Assembly (NCBI GenBank): GCA_963768735.1
Contig: CAVYJH010000008.1
Coordinates: forward strand, 26,314 to 90,313
DNA: 64,000 nt
Direction of reading: 5' to 3'
Source: an uncultured delta proteobacterium
Lineage (GTDB): Bacteria > Desulfobacterota > Syntrophorhabdia > Syntrophorhabdales > WCHB1-27
Below the pieces are notes generated by a model that worked only from the letters and a program-made list of their open reading frames with translations, ran no database searches and was not told where the DNA came from. Made by a program: the position numbers and the translations under genes. Positions 47,236 to 57,438 of the stretch are shown here, in pieces. How positions within the stretch are numbered: the first letter of the stretch is position 1; each line of letters starts with the position of its first letter.

Positions 47236-48771
47236 TCACCCGATTGCAAGTTTAGCCTTGCCGCGGCCGAAGGGAATGCCAAGCTTCCGCATCCGGTGTC
47301 GCAGGGTCGCCGGGTTGATCCCGAGGATCTCGGCCGCCCCGTTCTTACCCTCTATTTTGCCCTTGGCTATCTTCATCACCTCCGTGATATGCCGCGCTTC
47401 CATCTCTTCGAGCCTGAACGGCCTGCCAGGCGCCTCCGATACCTGCCGGGGAGAGGTGGCGACATCGTCGAAGGTCAAAGGCTTGCCGTTTGACTGGATG
47501 AGGGCCCGCTCCACGACGTTCGCCACTTCCCTCACGTTTCCGGGCCAGTTGTATCCGAGGAGCCGGTCGATGGCGCCCGGGGCCAGCGCAGGCGTGATAT
47601 GCAGCCCCATCTCGCGTACTTTCTTCTCCATGAAGTGACTGATGAGCGCCGGAATATCCGCCTTTCGGTCCCTGAGCGGTGGAATCAAGATAGGGAACAC
47701 ACCTAGACGATAATAAAGGTCGGCCCTGAAAACCCCTTCCGCAACCAACTCCTCGAGGTTCCTGTGCGTCGCGGAAATGATCCTTATGTCGACCTTGATG
47801 GCCTGGGAGCCGCCTACCCTCTCTATCTCCTTCTCCTGTAGGACCCGCAGGAGCCTGATCTGAGCCTGGGTGGGCAGCTCGCCCACCTCGTCCAGAAAAA
47901 TCGTCCCCTTGTCGGCCCGCTCGAAGCGGCCCCTCCGCTGTGCCACCGCCCCGGTAAAAGCGCCCTTTTCATGACCGAAAAGCTCGCTGTCCAGCAGTGT
48001 TTCCGGGATTGCACCGCAATTGACGGCGATGAGCGGTCTGTTGTGTCGTGGTGAGAGGTTATGGATGGCGTGCGCCATCAATTCCTTCCCGCTTCCCGTC
48101 TCCCCGACCAACAACACGGGGCTGGGCAGAGGAGCCACTTTCCAGACCTGCTCCATCACCTCTCTCAAACCAAAGCTGGAGCCCACTATCTCTTCTTTCC
48201 AATCTCTTTGCAGCTCGTCCCTCAGATACCGGTTCTCATCGGCCAGCATGTCCCTCAGCTTCAAAAGCTCGACGTACCTTCGGCTGTTCGCGAGGGCAAC
48301 GGCGGTGGGCTCGTTAACGAGGGACCAAAGTCGGCCGTGCCTCTCGTCATATCGGCCCTCTCCGGCCGCCCGCACGATAAGCGAGCCGATAAACCGGTGC
48401 CTGATGATCAGCCGGGCCACGATCAAAGAGGATTCGGGCCATCTGAACAGGGATGCAACCCTCTCGATTATGGGGTCCTCCCACACGTTCCCGCCTACCC
48501 GCACCCGCGGATAGTGCTCCACATCCTCAAGCTCCTTTCTCAGGTGTGGAGGCATTACCACCTTGTCGGAACGGAGCGCGTCGCTCCCTGCCTCATCGGC
48601 GCGCGCGACCACCTCCAGGATGCCCAAAGAGGCATCATAGACGGTAAGTATCAGCTCATCGGCTGGCATAACGCCTCTGACGTAGAGCAGACAATCCCGA
48701 AGTGCCTCGCCAAGGTCGAGACTGCCGCAAATACGTAAGGTAAATTCACGGAAAAACTGATTGCCGTCCAT
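47236..48771 (-). CDS. sigma-54-dependent transcriptional activator (GAF - AAA+ - Fis HTH)
   Basis: LLVGETGSGKELMAHAIH, ESELFGHEKGAFTGA, and C-terminal HTH AAEILGINPATLRHRMRKLGI. ATG 48771 (RBS GGGAGAG) is preferred over ORF-track start 48885. Confidence 0.9.
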   Translation of the reverse strand: MDGNQFFREFTLRICGSLDLGEALRDCLLYVRGVMPADELILTVYDASLGILEVVARADEAGSDALRSDKVVMPPHLRKELEDVEHYPRVRVGGNVWEDPIIERVASLFRWPESSLIVARLIIRHRFIGSLIVRAAGEGRYDERHGRLWSLVNEPTAVALANSRRYVELLKLRDMLADENRYLRDELQRDWKEEIVGSSFGLREVMEQVWKVAPLPSPVLLVGETGSGKELMAHAIHNLSPRHNRPLIAVNCGAIPETLLDSELFGHEKGAFTGAVAQRRGRFERADKGTIFLDEVGELPTQAQIRLLRVLQEKEIERVGGSQAIKVDIRIISATHRNLEELVAEGVFRADLYYRLGVFPILIPPLRDRKADIPALISHFMEKKVREMGLHITPALAPGAIDRLLGYNWPGNVREVANVVERALIQSNGKPLTFDDVATSPRQVSEAPGRPFRLEEMEARHITEVMKIAKGKIEGKNGAAEILGINPATLRHRMRKLGIPFGRGKAKLAIG

Positions 48772-48907
48772 GTTTCTCTCCCGGCATGCGCATGCCGTAA
48801 CTGTCAAATGTGCTACTTTACACCATTTCTGACAAATATTACAGTTCCCTTCTGCCGTTGCGGATGGATCACAGGATGGGAACACGGACCCGCCTTCCCG
48901 ATTTTTC

Positions 48908-48936
48908 TTGACAAATCTCTTGGCCTTCGCTAGTAT
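48908..48936 (+). promoter_or_regulatory. sigma-70-like promoter upstream of iorA (TTGACA-17-TAGTAT)
   Basis: TTGACA at 48908..48913 and TAGTAT at 48931..48936. It shares the 16-mer TTTTTCTTGACAAATC with the 52671 promoter. Confidence 0.5.
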
Positions 48937-49096
48937 CTTCTATAGAGAACTCAATTCTGTGGGCAAAACAGCAGCCGCCGAACAAACGGCGGCGCGCGTG
49001 AAAATAACGGTGCCGGCTGGTCCCGTTGGGGCCGGACACACACTCGAATAGGGCGTTGCTAAAGCCCCACTATATCGAACGAGCAAGGAGGATAAG

Positions 49097-50918
49097 GTGA
49101 AAAGAATATTGCAAGGCAACGAGGCGATCGCCAGAGGCGCCTGGGAGGCCGGTGTGGTTGTCGGCTGCGCTTATCCGGGTACACCGAGCAGCGAGATCAT
49201 GACGGAGTTGTCTCACTACCCCGAGGTGGACACAGAATGGTCGCCTAACGAGAAGGTAGCACTGGAGGTGGCCCACGGCGCCGCGCTGGCGGGAGGAAGG
49301 GCCATTGCATGTATGAAACATGTGGGTCTTAACGTGGCTTCCGACCCTTTGATGACCATCTCCTATACCGGGGTGAAGGGCGGCCTTGTGATTGTTGTGG
49401 CCGACGACCCCGGTCAGCACACGCTCGCAGAACGAGCAGGACAGCAGGCACTGGACCCGTTTCGGCAAGGTCCCTATGCTGGAGCCGGGCAACTCCCAGG
49501 ACTGCAAGGATTTTACGCGGATCGCTTTCGAGATCAGCGAGACCTTCGATACCCCCGTGCTCTTGCGCGGCGAGACCAGGGTTTGCCACTGCGATTCCCT
49601 CGTGGAGTTGGGCGACAGAGAGGAGCCGCCCAGGCAGAAAGGCCTCTCTCAGAAAGAGACGCCCAAGTACGTGATGGTACCCATGTATGCGAGGGTGAGG
49701 CGGGTCTTCGTTGAAGAGCGCATGGCGCGCCTGTCCGAATACGCCGATACCGTGTTCCCTTACAACCTGATGGAGATCAACGACCCTAAGATCGGCTTCA
49801 TCTCTTCCGGCATTTCCTCTCTCTATACGCGAGAGTTGTTCCCCCACGCTTCATTCCTTAAGCTCGGCATGGTCTGGCCCCTGCCCTGGAAGATGATAGA
49901 CGCATTCTTCACTAAAGTAAGAAAGGTGATCGTCGTCGAGGAGCTCGATCCCTTCCTTGAGACGGAGATCAGGGCCAGGGGCTACAAGGTAAGTCACGGC
50001 AAGGATCTCATCCCGGCGATAGGTGAGCTGTCCCCGGCAGCCATCGAACAGGCGCTCTCACAAGCCGTGACCGGGAAGCGCTATAAAACCCCCAAGGTGC
50101 GCATCGCGCCTGAAGAGCTGCCCAAGAGACCGCCCAACCTCTGTGCCGGCTGCTCCCATAGGCCCCTCTTTTATGCCCTGAAAAAGCTCGGTCTCTTCGT
50201 CTTTGGCGACATAGGCTGCTATGCCCTTGCCGCCGCGCCGCCCCTTTCCGCCATGCACGCCTCCACGTGTATGGGCGCGGGTATAGGCGGGGCCTTCGGC
50301 GCGGGAAAGGTCCTCGGTAAGGAGGGCCTGGGGAAGATCTGCGCGGTCCTCGGCGACTCCACGTTTCTCCATAGCGGCATCACCCCGCTCATGGACACTG
50401 CATACAATAAAGGATATTCCACGACGATCATCCTCGATAACGGCATCACTGCGATGACGGGACAGCAGGAAACTGCGGGGACCGGATACACCATACGGGG
50501 TGAGGCCGCGGGGAAGGTCGATTACGAGCAGTTGGCGCGCGCCGTCGGGATCACACATATACGAAAGGTAAACCCTTATAACGTGAAGGAGACAATCCAG
50601 GTGATCAAGGAAGAGGTGGAAAGGGATGCCGCCTCTGTGATCATCACCGAAAACAGCCCCTGTATGTTGCTCCGCAGGGCAAAGCCACTGGAGAAGTTCA
50701 CGCACCCGTTCTATCTCATCGACACCGATCTATGCAGGGGCTGCAAGGCGTGTCTCGAAATCAACTGCCCCGCGATAAGCTGGCGGGCGGGAGACGGCCT
50801 GACAAAGGACGGCCACAAGAGGAAGGGAACGGTGTTCATTAATAGAGACCAATGCGTGGGCTGTGATATCTGCGGCCAGGTATGCAAATTCGACAGCATC
50901 GTGCCCGGCGCGAAGTAG
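49097..50918 (+). CDS. iorA: indolepyruvate:ferredoxin oxidoreductase alpha subunit, frameshifted near 49418..49425
   Basis: GTG start with RBS AAGGAGG. GAWEAGVVVGCAYPGTPSSEI ... VVADDPGQH is in frame 1. SQNEQDSRHW ... C-terminal 2x[4Fe-4S] (CRGCKAC..C, CVGCDICGQVC) is in frame 2 (ORF 49392..50918). Confidence 0.8.
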
Positions 50919-50939
50919 CGAAGGAGACGGCGATCGGCG

Positions 50940-51740
50940 ATGTCTGCCAAACCTGAATATACCCACCTGGTGCCCGCGGTCGATCAGGCATCGAAGATAC
51001 TGCTCTATCTGTCACGGAACGCGTCGGCGAGTTCAAACCTCACCGATATCTGCGAGGGCGTCGGCATCTACAAAAGCAAAGGGTATTCGATCCTCAATAC
51101 GCTGCAAAAATTCGGCTTTGTGGTGAAAGACCCGATGACAAAAACGTATGCTCTGGGACTCGGACTCATCTCTCTGTCGAGGAAAGTCCTGGACGGTCTC
51201 AATGACAACAAGGTGGTGGCCCCCGTTCTCGAGGCCCTGGCCGGGAGGACCCGAAGCACGGCCCTCTACTGTACCCTGAGTGATGAAAACATCTTTGTCG
51301 TGGCGAAGCACGAGCAGGAGCGGAGCGTCAGCGTCACCATCCGCGTGGGCTACCGCTTTCACATGACCCACGGTGCCAACGGAAAGGCCATTGTCGCCTT
51401 CATGGAAAGGGATGAGCGGGAAAAACTCCTGAAACAGAAAAAGCTCTATTTTCACGGCAATGCGTCAAAGTTCGACCGCAAACGGCTGGACGGTGAGCTT
51501 TTGCGATGCCGGGAGACGGGCTACGCCTTCGATATGGGCGACCTCAACCCCGGTATTAACGTGATCGCCTCCCCGGTCTTTGACGTGCATGAAAGCATCA
51601 AGGGGTGCATGTTCATCATGGGGACATTTTCCGCGTCCCTCGTGGAGGAGTATGGCGCCGTCGTGGCCGAGAGCGCCCGGCGCTTCTCCGCAATGCTGGG
51701 CTCAAGAGCGCCGGGGGCGACGCTCGGGCGGCCGGGTTAG
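50940..51740 (+). CDS. IclR-family transcriptional regulator
   Basis: 266 aa: VPAVDQASKILLYL ... LTDICEGVGIYKSKGYSILNTLQKFGFV, plus a C-terminal effector domain. Confidence 0.82.
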   Translation: MSAKPEYTHLVPAVDQASKILLYLSRNASASSNLTDICEGVGIYKSKGYSILNTLQKFGFVVKDPMTKTYALGLGLISLSRKVLDGLNDNKVVAPVLEALAGRTRSTALYCTLSDENIFVVAKHEQERSVSVTIRVGYRFHMTHGANGKAIVAFMERDEREKLLKQKKLYFHGNASKFDRKRLDGELLRCRETGYAFDMGDLNPGINVIASPVFDVHESIKGCMFIMGTFSASLVEEYGAVVAESARRFSAMLGSRAPGATLGRPG

Positions 51741-51792
51741 TTTCGCAGGGCCGCAAGTGATTCAAGGCCGACCCCGGTCACAACCGGAGCCG

Positions 51793-52365
51793 CTACAGTT
51801 TCAGCCCTGTCTTTCTTGGTTCAGAGCTGATCATATTGTCTTCGCTGAGGCGTTTCACCAAATCTTGGGCCATCATTTTCATCCGTTTTCCTCTTACATC
51901 AGTTGTGCCGGAAGCGTCAATCCGCGCTCTCCATATTCTCTTATTCTTTCCGGCATCGAAGAGGCTGACGTCGTACAATATCTTAGACATGCCTCCGTGA
52001 GGTCCCGTTACCCCGCCGCTCGCGATTATCGTGAGCACGCCTTCCGGCCGGTATGAGGCAATTTCGGCAACATACGCATTTTCATTGAGGGTGAGCGGGT
52101 TCACGACTCTAATTTCCGTATCGACACGCTTTTGAGTGAACTCATCTCTCAGCGCGGCCACTAAATATGGCGTATAGGCCGGATCAATCGTATCAACTTG
52201 TCCGTTATTGACAATAACGAACAGCTTATGGATAGGATCGGAGAAAGATGTATCTTTGGCAGACTGAAGTGAGACTGAGGCACATCCGAAGCACAATAAC
52301 GGGAGAAGCATGGCATAGACTATCCGACCGGTCGTCCACAAGTATGTTGCCCGGGACTCTTTCAC
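51793..52365 (-). CDS. lipoprotein of unknown function
   Basis: Signal sequence plus lipobox (MLLPLLCFGC). 190 aa with no recognised domain. Confidence 0.6.
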   Translation of the reverse strand: MKESRATYLWTTGRIVYAMLLPLLCFGCASVSLQSAKDTSFSDPIHKLFVIVNNGQVDTIDPAYTPYLVAALRDEFTQKRVDTEIRVVNPLTLNENAYVAEIASYRPEGVLTIIASGGVTGPHGGMSKILYDVSLFDAGKNKRIWRARIDASGTTDVRGKRMKMMAQDLVKRLSEDNMISSEPRKTGLKL

Positions 52366-52670
52366 TTCGTGGCCTCCTCCTTTCGCACCCCTATCTCAGT
52401 TCCTCCCGGAAAAGCCTTTTAAGACCCCTTAAATCCAGCAAGTCCAGGAGGATATGCAGTATGTTCAGTCTATTCTGACATCCCATCGAGACAAACGTCA
52501 ACAAGATTCTCTCGGCTATCCAAATAGAATGGTGGTGCATTAAACACATACCTCCCCCGTGGGCTTCACATGCATAATGCACACGGCCTTTTCCGGCAAG
52601 TGAAAGATGCAGTGCGAAGGCGGGCGGAATCTATTTTTCAACATCTGTGTTACTTGCCCGCACGTTTTTC

Positions 52671-52699
52671 TTGACAAATCGTGATACAGTGTATAATAT
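52671..52699 (+). promoter_or_regulatory. sigma-70-like promoter (TTGACA-17-TAATAT)
   Basis: TTGACA at 52671..52676 and a TATAATAT block at 52692..52699, ~50 nt upstream of ATG 52751. Confidence 0.5.
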
Positions 52700-52750
52700 A
52701 CTAAGGAAGCTTCAAAAGACCAGACCAGGAACGAGAGCAGGACAGACAAC

Positions 52751-52948
52751 ATGACGAATTTCCCCTTGACCCTTCACGGTGTTGGGACGCTATGTTACAC
52801 GAACAGCCGCATGCTCGGCGGTTTAATCCTCCGCATACTTCGTGAAACCCCCGGCGCCATACTGCTGACCACCGACCCTGAGAAAGTCCGCGAAACGCTG
52901 CGGCTGTTTGAAAGAGGACCGGGGATAGAGCAAGTGACTCATGACTGA
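52751..52948 (+). CDS. hypothetical 65-aa protein
   Basis: First ORF after the promoter. Its stop overlaps the next start (ATGA). Weak RBS. Confidence 0.4.
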   Translation: MTNFPLTLHGVGTLCYTNSRMLGGLILRILRETPGAILLTTDPEKVRETLRLFERGPGIEQVTHD

Positions 52949-53183
52949 GCAGGAATTCAACAAAACGATGGCACAGGTTGAGACCATGTATGGTCTGTCC
53001 GGCCGGCCGGGCTACCACGAAGGGTACATGAGGGGTCTTCGTCGATTCTATCACGGGCCGCATTTCGGTACCCTCCAGGAGCATGAGGAATGGCTCGGTC
53101 TCGTCTACGACCGGGACAAGACCAAGGCCGACCGGGGCCGGGGTTATCAAGACGGGTTGCAGGGCATCAGACCTCATATGTGA
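52941..53183 (+). CDS. hypothetical 80-aa protein
   Basis: Translationally coupled to the previous ORF. MTEQEFNKTMAQVETMYGL ... no recognised domain. Confidence 0.4.
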   Translation: MTEQEFNKTMAQVETMYGLSGRPGYHEGYMRGLRRFYHGPHFGTLQEHEEWLGLVYDRDKTKADRGRGYQDGLQGIRPHM

Positions 53184-53266
53184 TCAATCGGCGGCCTACG
53201 CAGGGGCACCGGCAATGGCGCTGTTTCCCTTTAATCCTGCGAGTGTTGATGAAAGGAGTTTTTGCT

Positions 53267-53614
53267 ATGCCAGAGACAATGACGGATAACAAAGCGGGGG
53301 TGTCGATCGTGGAAACAGCTTTGCACAAAGGTTCCCACGTCCTCTACGTGTTGTTCAGCGCGGCATACATGGTTGTTTTTGCCTATCAGGCATATCTTTG
53401 GATAAGAGTGCATGCCTGGACAAAAATCCCCACGGACGCTTTCATAAGCCGTCTGGGCGGGCGACACTTCCTTCCACACGCAGGTGAAATGAACTGGGCG
53501 CTCGGTTGGGTTCTCAACATCGACCTGGTATATACCCTTTCCATCATCGCGACGATATTTTTCGGCATCAGATGGCTGACCGACAAGAAGCCCAAAGTGA
53601 CCGGATTGAGGTGA
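53267..53614 (+). CDS. hypothetical membrane protein (115 aa, 2-3 TM)
   Basis: ATG 53267 with RBS AAAGGAG. Hydrophobic stretches VLYVLFSAAYMVVFAYQAYLWI and LVYTLSIIATIFFGI. Confidence 0.55.
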   Translation: MPETMTDNKAGVSIVETALHKGSHVLYVLFSAAYMVVFAYQAYLWIRVHAWTKIPTDAFISRLGGRHFLPHAGEMNWALGWVLNIDLVYTLSIIATIFFGIRWLTDKKPKVTGLR

Positions 53615-53616
53615 AG

Positions 53617-54516
53617 TTACTTTCCTAACAGCTTATGGAAGACCTCGATCAGGCTGCCGCCCGGAAAAGGGGCCGGCACAAAAGAGAGCACGAAAACGAA
53701 TAGTATCACCACGGCCAGGGCCCTCCGCCCCTTATCGAGAGGGGTGACGTTGTCGACGGGCTGTGGATGGTGTATGCCGAACACCGAAAGTAATACCGCA
53801 AGGACCAGCCACCCGGAGCTGTAGAAAATCGCGAGGACCACGAGGAGAGGGATAAGCGTCCGGTACACCCATATGCTCCTCCTGCCGAGGACGGCATAGG
53901 CTATGTGCCCCCCATCGAGCTGGCCTATGGGCATCAGGTTCAGGGCGGTTACGAACAGTCCGACCCAGGCAGCGTAGGCAACAGGATGAAGCACCAGCTC
54001 GTAATTCGACGGAAGGTTTCTGACGATCACCCACTCCAGGGCCTTGAAAAGCAAGGGGTCGCCGAGCTGTATGAGGCCGGCGGCGGCCGCGCCGGTCATC
54101 TTTACGGCCATCGACAATTTTATGCCGATACACGCAAAAACAAAGGCAAGGATAAAGCCGCACAAAGGACCGCTCGCGCCTATATCGAAGAGGGACCGCT
54201 TGTCGTAGATCACCCCTCTCATCTTGATCACCGCACCGAACGTCCCGAAGGGGAAGACGGGGAAAGGGATGAAATAGGGCAGCGTGGAAGGCACGCCGTA
54301 TCGCCTGCTCGTAAGGTAGTGGCCCATCTCGTGGGACAGGAGTATCGCCATGATTGCACCGCTGTACAAGAGTCCTATAATCAATCGCTCGACGACTATC
54401 GGGCTGCCTCGGAGTATTGTCGCGATCGAAAGGCTGTAAAAGCCGCCTCCTACCCAAATAGTGGAGAGGACCGTGAGTACAAACAGCAGGATGTGCACGA
54501 ACGTTCGCTTGAACAT
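53617..54516 (-). CDS. site-2 protease family (M50) zinc metalloprotease
   Basis: HEMGHY motif and NLMPIGQLDGGH motif in a polytopic membrane protein. Confidence 0.85.
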   Translation of the reverse strand: MFKRTFVHILLFVLTVLSTIWVGGGFYSLSIATILRGSPIVVERLIIGLLYSGAIMAILLSHEMGHYLTSRRYGVPSTLPYFIPFPVFPFGTFGAVIKMRGVIYDKRSLFDIGASGPLCGFILAFVFACIGIKLSMAVKMTGAAAAGLIQLGDPLLFKALEWVIVRNLPSNYELVLHPVAYAAWVGLFVTALNLMPIGQLDGGHIAYAVLGRRSIWVYRTLIPLLVVLAIFYSSGWLVLAVLLSVFGIHHPQPVDNVTPLDKGRRALAVVILFVFVLSFVPAPFPGGSLIEVFHKLLGK

Positions 54517-55482
54517 TTACACCTCTAAAAGACCTGCCTCGAAGCTGGTGCGGTCATGCCTGGTGCCCTTTTTCACCTTGGCGTCGAAACGGGCGAGCAT
54601 GTCAAGGAAAGAGACGAGGTCTTCCTTAGTATATTTCCGGCTCGCCCTGAAGAGGTTATAGGCATAGAAGGGCTTCTGGAAGGCCAGAAAATGTCTCTTT
54701 TCCAGCGGCCCGGCATCGAGGTCTTCCTTCAATTTCCCGAAGGCCTTGGAAAATGCGCGAAAATCCGGCATCCCGGCGAAGAGCCCTTCACTGTCCTTCG
54801 CCTGGAGCAGGAGCCCCATATAGCGCGTCATGAAGCCGTGTACGGCAAGTATATTCATGCCCTGACCCAGAAGGGTCTCAAGGATCCCCAGTGTCTCTTT
54901 CTTGTTCTTTCGCGCCATGGCATCGGAAAGGGCGATAAGGTCCTCCTCGTGCTGCTCCTGCGTCACCACGGCCGCGACGTCCTTGGCCTCAATGACCCCT
55001 TTCTCTCCCACGTAGCTGATCAGCTTTGCCAATTCCCCTTCCATGAGCGCTTCGTCGCGTATGCGCTCCTTCAAAAGGGCAAAGGCCTTGTCGGACATCT
55101 TCTTGCCGTCTGCCCTTACCGCCGCCAGAACCCGCTCTTTGATCCGCTTCTCCCTTTCCTGCTCCAGATCTACCCTGACTGCACCGAGAGACGGCGGAAG
55201 ACCGGGATCATCGGACGTAGAATAAATAATGACCCCCGCCCGCACCGAAACCGCCCGCAGGCTTGCCTCGATCTGGCGGATCACCTCTTTTGAAGGGTCG
55301 AGCAGGGCAAGGACAAGGCTTTCTTCGATAAACAGCGCGGAAGCTTTTTCCGTCACTGCGGGTCCGATCGCCGGCCCCGTCAGGGTGACGATCCGGGGCT
55401 CCCGCGACCACTTCAAGGCGAGGAGATTGACGTCCTCGAAGAAATTCTCTTTCGATCCGATGGTAAAGACGATCCGTTCCAT
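54517..55482 (-). CDS. holA: DNA polymerase III delta subunit
   Basis: 321 aa with a delta-like C-terminal pattern (DLIALSDAMARKNKKETLGILETLLGQG ... LAVHGFMTRYMGLL). Confidence 0.6.
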   Translation of the reverse strand: MERIVFTIGSKENFFEDVNLLALKWSREPRIVTLTGPAIGPAVTEKASALFIEESLVLALLDPSKEVIRQIEASLRAVSVRAGVIIYSTSDDPGLPPSLGAVRVDLEQEREKRIKERVLAAVRADGKKMSDKAFALLKERIRDEALMEGELAKLISYVGEKGVIEAKDVAAVVTQEQHEEDLIALSDAMARKNKKETLGILETLLGQGMNILAVHGFMTRYMGLLLQAKDSEGLFAGMPDFRAFSKAFGKLKEDLDAGPLEKRHFLAFQKPFYAYNLFRASRKYTKEDLVSFLDMLARFDAKVKKGTRHDRTSFEAGLLEV

Positions 55483-55660
55483 GCGTTATGATACTTTGAA
55501 ACACACCCCTTTTTCAACTAGTGCCGTCAGGCGCGCGCATTTTTGTGGAAGCGACAGGTTTTCATGTTTCACTGGACAAGATCGCCTGATACGATAGTGC
55601 CCATGAACAGCGGCACGAAAGTAATGGAATTTTTCATCGAAGTTTGGTATTTTACTTACA

Positions 55661-55734
55661 CGGGATGTAGCTCAGCATGGTAGAGCACAGCGTTCGGGAC
55701 GCTGGGGCCGCTGGTTCAAGTCCAGTCATCCCGA
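55661..55734 (+). tRNA. tRNA-Pro (anticodon CGG)
   Basis: CGGGATG-TA-GCTC-AGCATGGTA-GAGC-A-CAGCG-TTCGGGA-CGCTG-GGGCC-GCTGG-TTCAAGT-CCAGT-CATCCCG-A. Full cloverleaf of 74 nt; CCA is not encoded. Confidence 0.92.
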
Positions 55735-55781
55735 TTTTTTGCTCTTTTCCCGATTCTTCCTTCATCATAGTGCGGTGGGTT

Positions 55782-56201
55782 GTGAAAATCATAAACACGC
55801 GCGTCAGGCTGGAGACGAAAGGCGCAGGCGACATGATCGACATCACCCGGTATGTGGCCGAAGCGCTGCAAAAGTCAGGACTGCGGACGGGGAGCGTCCT
55901 CGTTTTTGTGGTCGGGTCCACGGCGGCCATCACCACCTTTGAGTACGAGCCCGGCCTTATCGCCGACATGAGGGAATTCTATCAGCAGATAGCACCGTCA
56001 GGCAAACACTACTACCACGACGACACCTGGGGTGACGCCAACGGTTTCAGCCATATCAGGGCATCCTTTACCGGCCCCTCGCTTATTATCCCCTTCGAGG
56101 AAAGCAGGCTGCTTCTAGGCACGTGGCAGCAGGTCGTGCTGGCCGAGTTCGACAATAGGCCGCGGACCAGAGAGGTGATTATACAGATTACGGGAGAGTA
56201 A
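55782..56201 (+). CDS. YjbQ/UPF0047 family protein (secondary thiamine-phosphate synthase type)
   Basis: GTG 55782. LETKGAGDMIDIT ... VFVVGSTAAITTFEYEPG ... GFSHIRASFTGPS ... ~139 aa. The ORF-track start lies inside the tRNA. Confidence 0.75.
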   Translation: MKIINTRVRLETKGAGDMIDITRYVAEALQKSGLRTGSVLVFVVGSTAAITTFEYEPGLIADMREFYQQIAPSGKHYYHDDTWGDANGFSHIRASFTGPSLIIPFEESRLLLGTWQQVVLAEFDNRPRTREVIIQITGE

Positions 56202-56232
56202 AGTTTTTGCCGCGTCATGAGGTAAAAAACGG

Positions 56233-57438
56233 TCAGGAAAAGACGACCCCGGCGAAGCTCACCGACGACGCCCCGTCGGTCCACTGGTCATAGCCGACGA
56301 CTTCTCCCTCGCAGGGATCGAGCATGGAGAGAAGGAAATAGATGGGCGCGAGGCCGCAGATCCTCCTCCTGTCATTTTCGCCGCGCACGGTTTCAAAGAA
56401 GCCCGCCGCGTCCACCCGTGCCACCGTCTTAAGAAGGACGCCGTCTTTTCCCTTTGACTCTTCCATCATGGAAGCATCGAGCGGCGGTGGATCCCCGAAT
56501 TGCGCGCCGATATGCGCGAGGTCCGCGCCCGCGATAACAACGCACGGCCCTTCGTGCGCCTTGAGGATTCCCTTCAACCTTCCCGCCAGCTCGGCCGCCT
56601 CCCCGAGGCCCGGCGACCTGCCCGCCTCCATATACGCGTGGAGGGAACCGGTAAGGATCGAAAGCACCTCAAATTTCCCATGCCCCAGAACGGACTGGAT
56701 GATGGGCAGTTGCAGCTCGATCGAATGCTCGTTCCGGTGGGGCCACTCATCCACATAAGCCCCGAGCAGCGTATCCTCTCTCAGGAGCCTCCCCACAACG
56801 GAGGCGCCCTTCACCGTGCCCAAGGGCGTCCGCAGGTCTCTCAGCGCAATGTTCCACACCTTCGGCGCGGGCTTGTGGCAGGTGCCGAAGATGACGAACA
56901 GTGTGTTCTCTTCCACCGGAAGAAACTTATACGCCCGGCGGTACACGTCCGCACCCCGCGCGTAATCGATATGGGGGGCAATAATCCCCTTGACGTGGTC
57001 CCATGGGGCCGGTTCCTGCCCCTGCCCGAGCAGCCTCCCCATGAAGGTGCGCAGCCCCGCCTCATCACCGGGATAACTCTTGCCCGCCAGAAATGCCGTC
57101 CGGCAGGACACACCCATGTACGTGTCCTTGAGCGCACGCACCTGTCCCTCGTACCTGTCGTTCTGCAGGAGAAACTGCGTGTCCATCGCTTCGATCACCG
57201 AGGTGATGCGGTCGGCCGGCAGGAGAACACCGCCGGTAGCCCTCGTGTATGCCTCCTGCATGTCGAGGACCGTCCTTTTCCCGTTCATCAAGGAGATGAG
57301 AAATAGGACGTCCCTTGAGACGAGGAGCGACTCACCCGCGATACCTTCAGGGTCCCGGATGAGAAACATCTCCATATCGTTGTGCTTCGTGGGCACGACA
57401 TCGACCCACCTCGCCTTTACACGCTCCGTGATTTCCAT
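56233..57438 (-). CDS. Memo-like protein (AmmeMemoRadiSam system protein B family)
   Basis: GIIAPHIDYARGADVYRRAY ... FVIFGTCH ... EHSIELQLP ... GADLAHIG, with a ~100-aa N-terminal extension. Confidence 0.75.
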   Translation of the reverse strand: MEITERVKARWVDVVPTKHNDMEMFLIRDPEGIAGESLLVSRDVLFLISLMNGKRTVLDMQEAYTRATGGVLLPADRITSVIEAMDTQFLLQNDRYEGQVRALKDTYMGVSCRTAFLAGKSYPGDEAGLRTFMGRLLGQGQEPAPWDHVKGIIAPHIDYARGADVYRRAYKFLPVEENTLFVIFGTCHKPAPKVWNIALRDLRTPLGTVKGASVVGRLLREDTLLGAYVDEWPHRNEHSIELQLPIIQSVLGHGKFEVLSILTGSLHAYMEAGRSPGLGEAAELAGRLKGILKAHEGPCVVIAGADLAHIGAQFGDPPPLDASMMEESKGKDGVLLKTVARVDAAGFFETVRGENDRRRICGLAPIYFLLSMLDPCEGEVVGYDQWTDGASSVSFAGVVFS

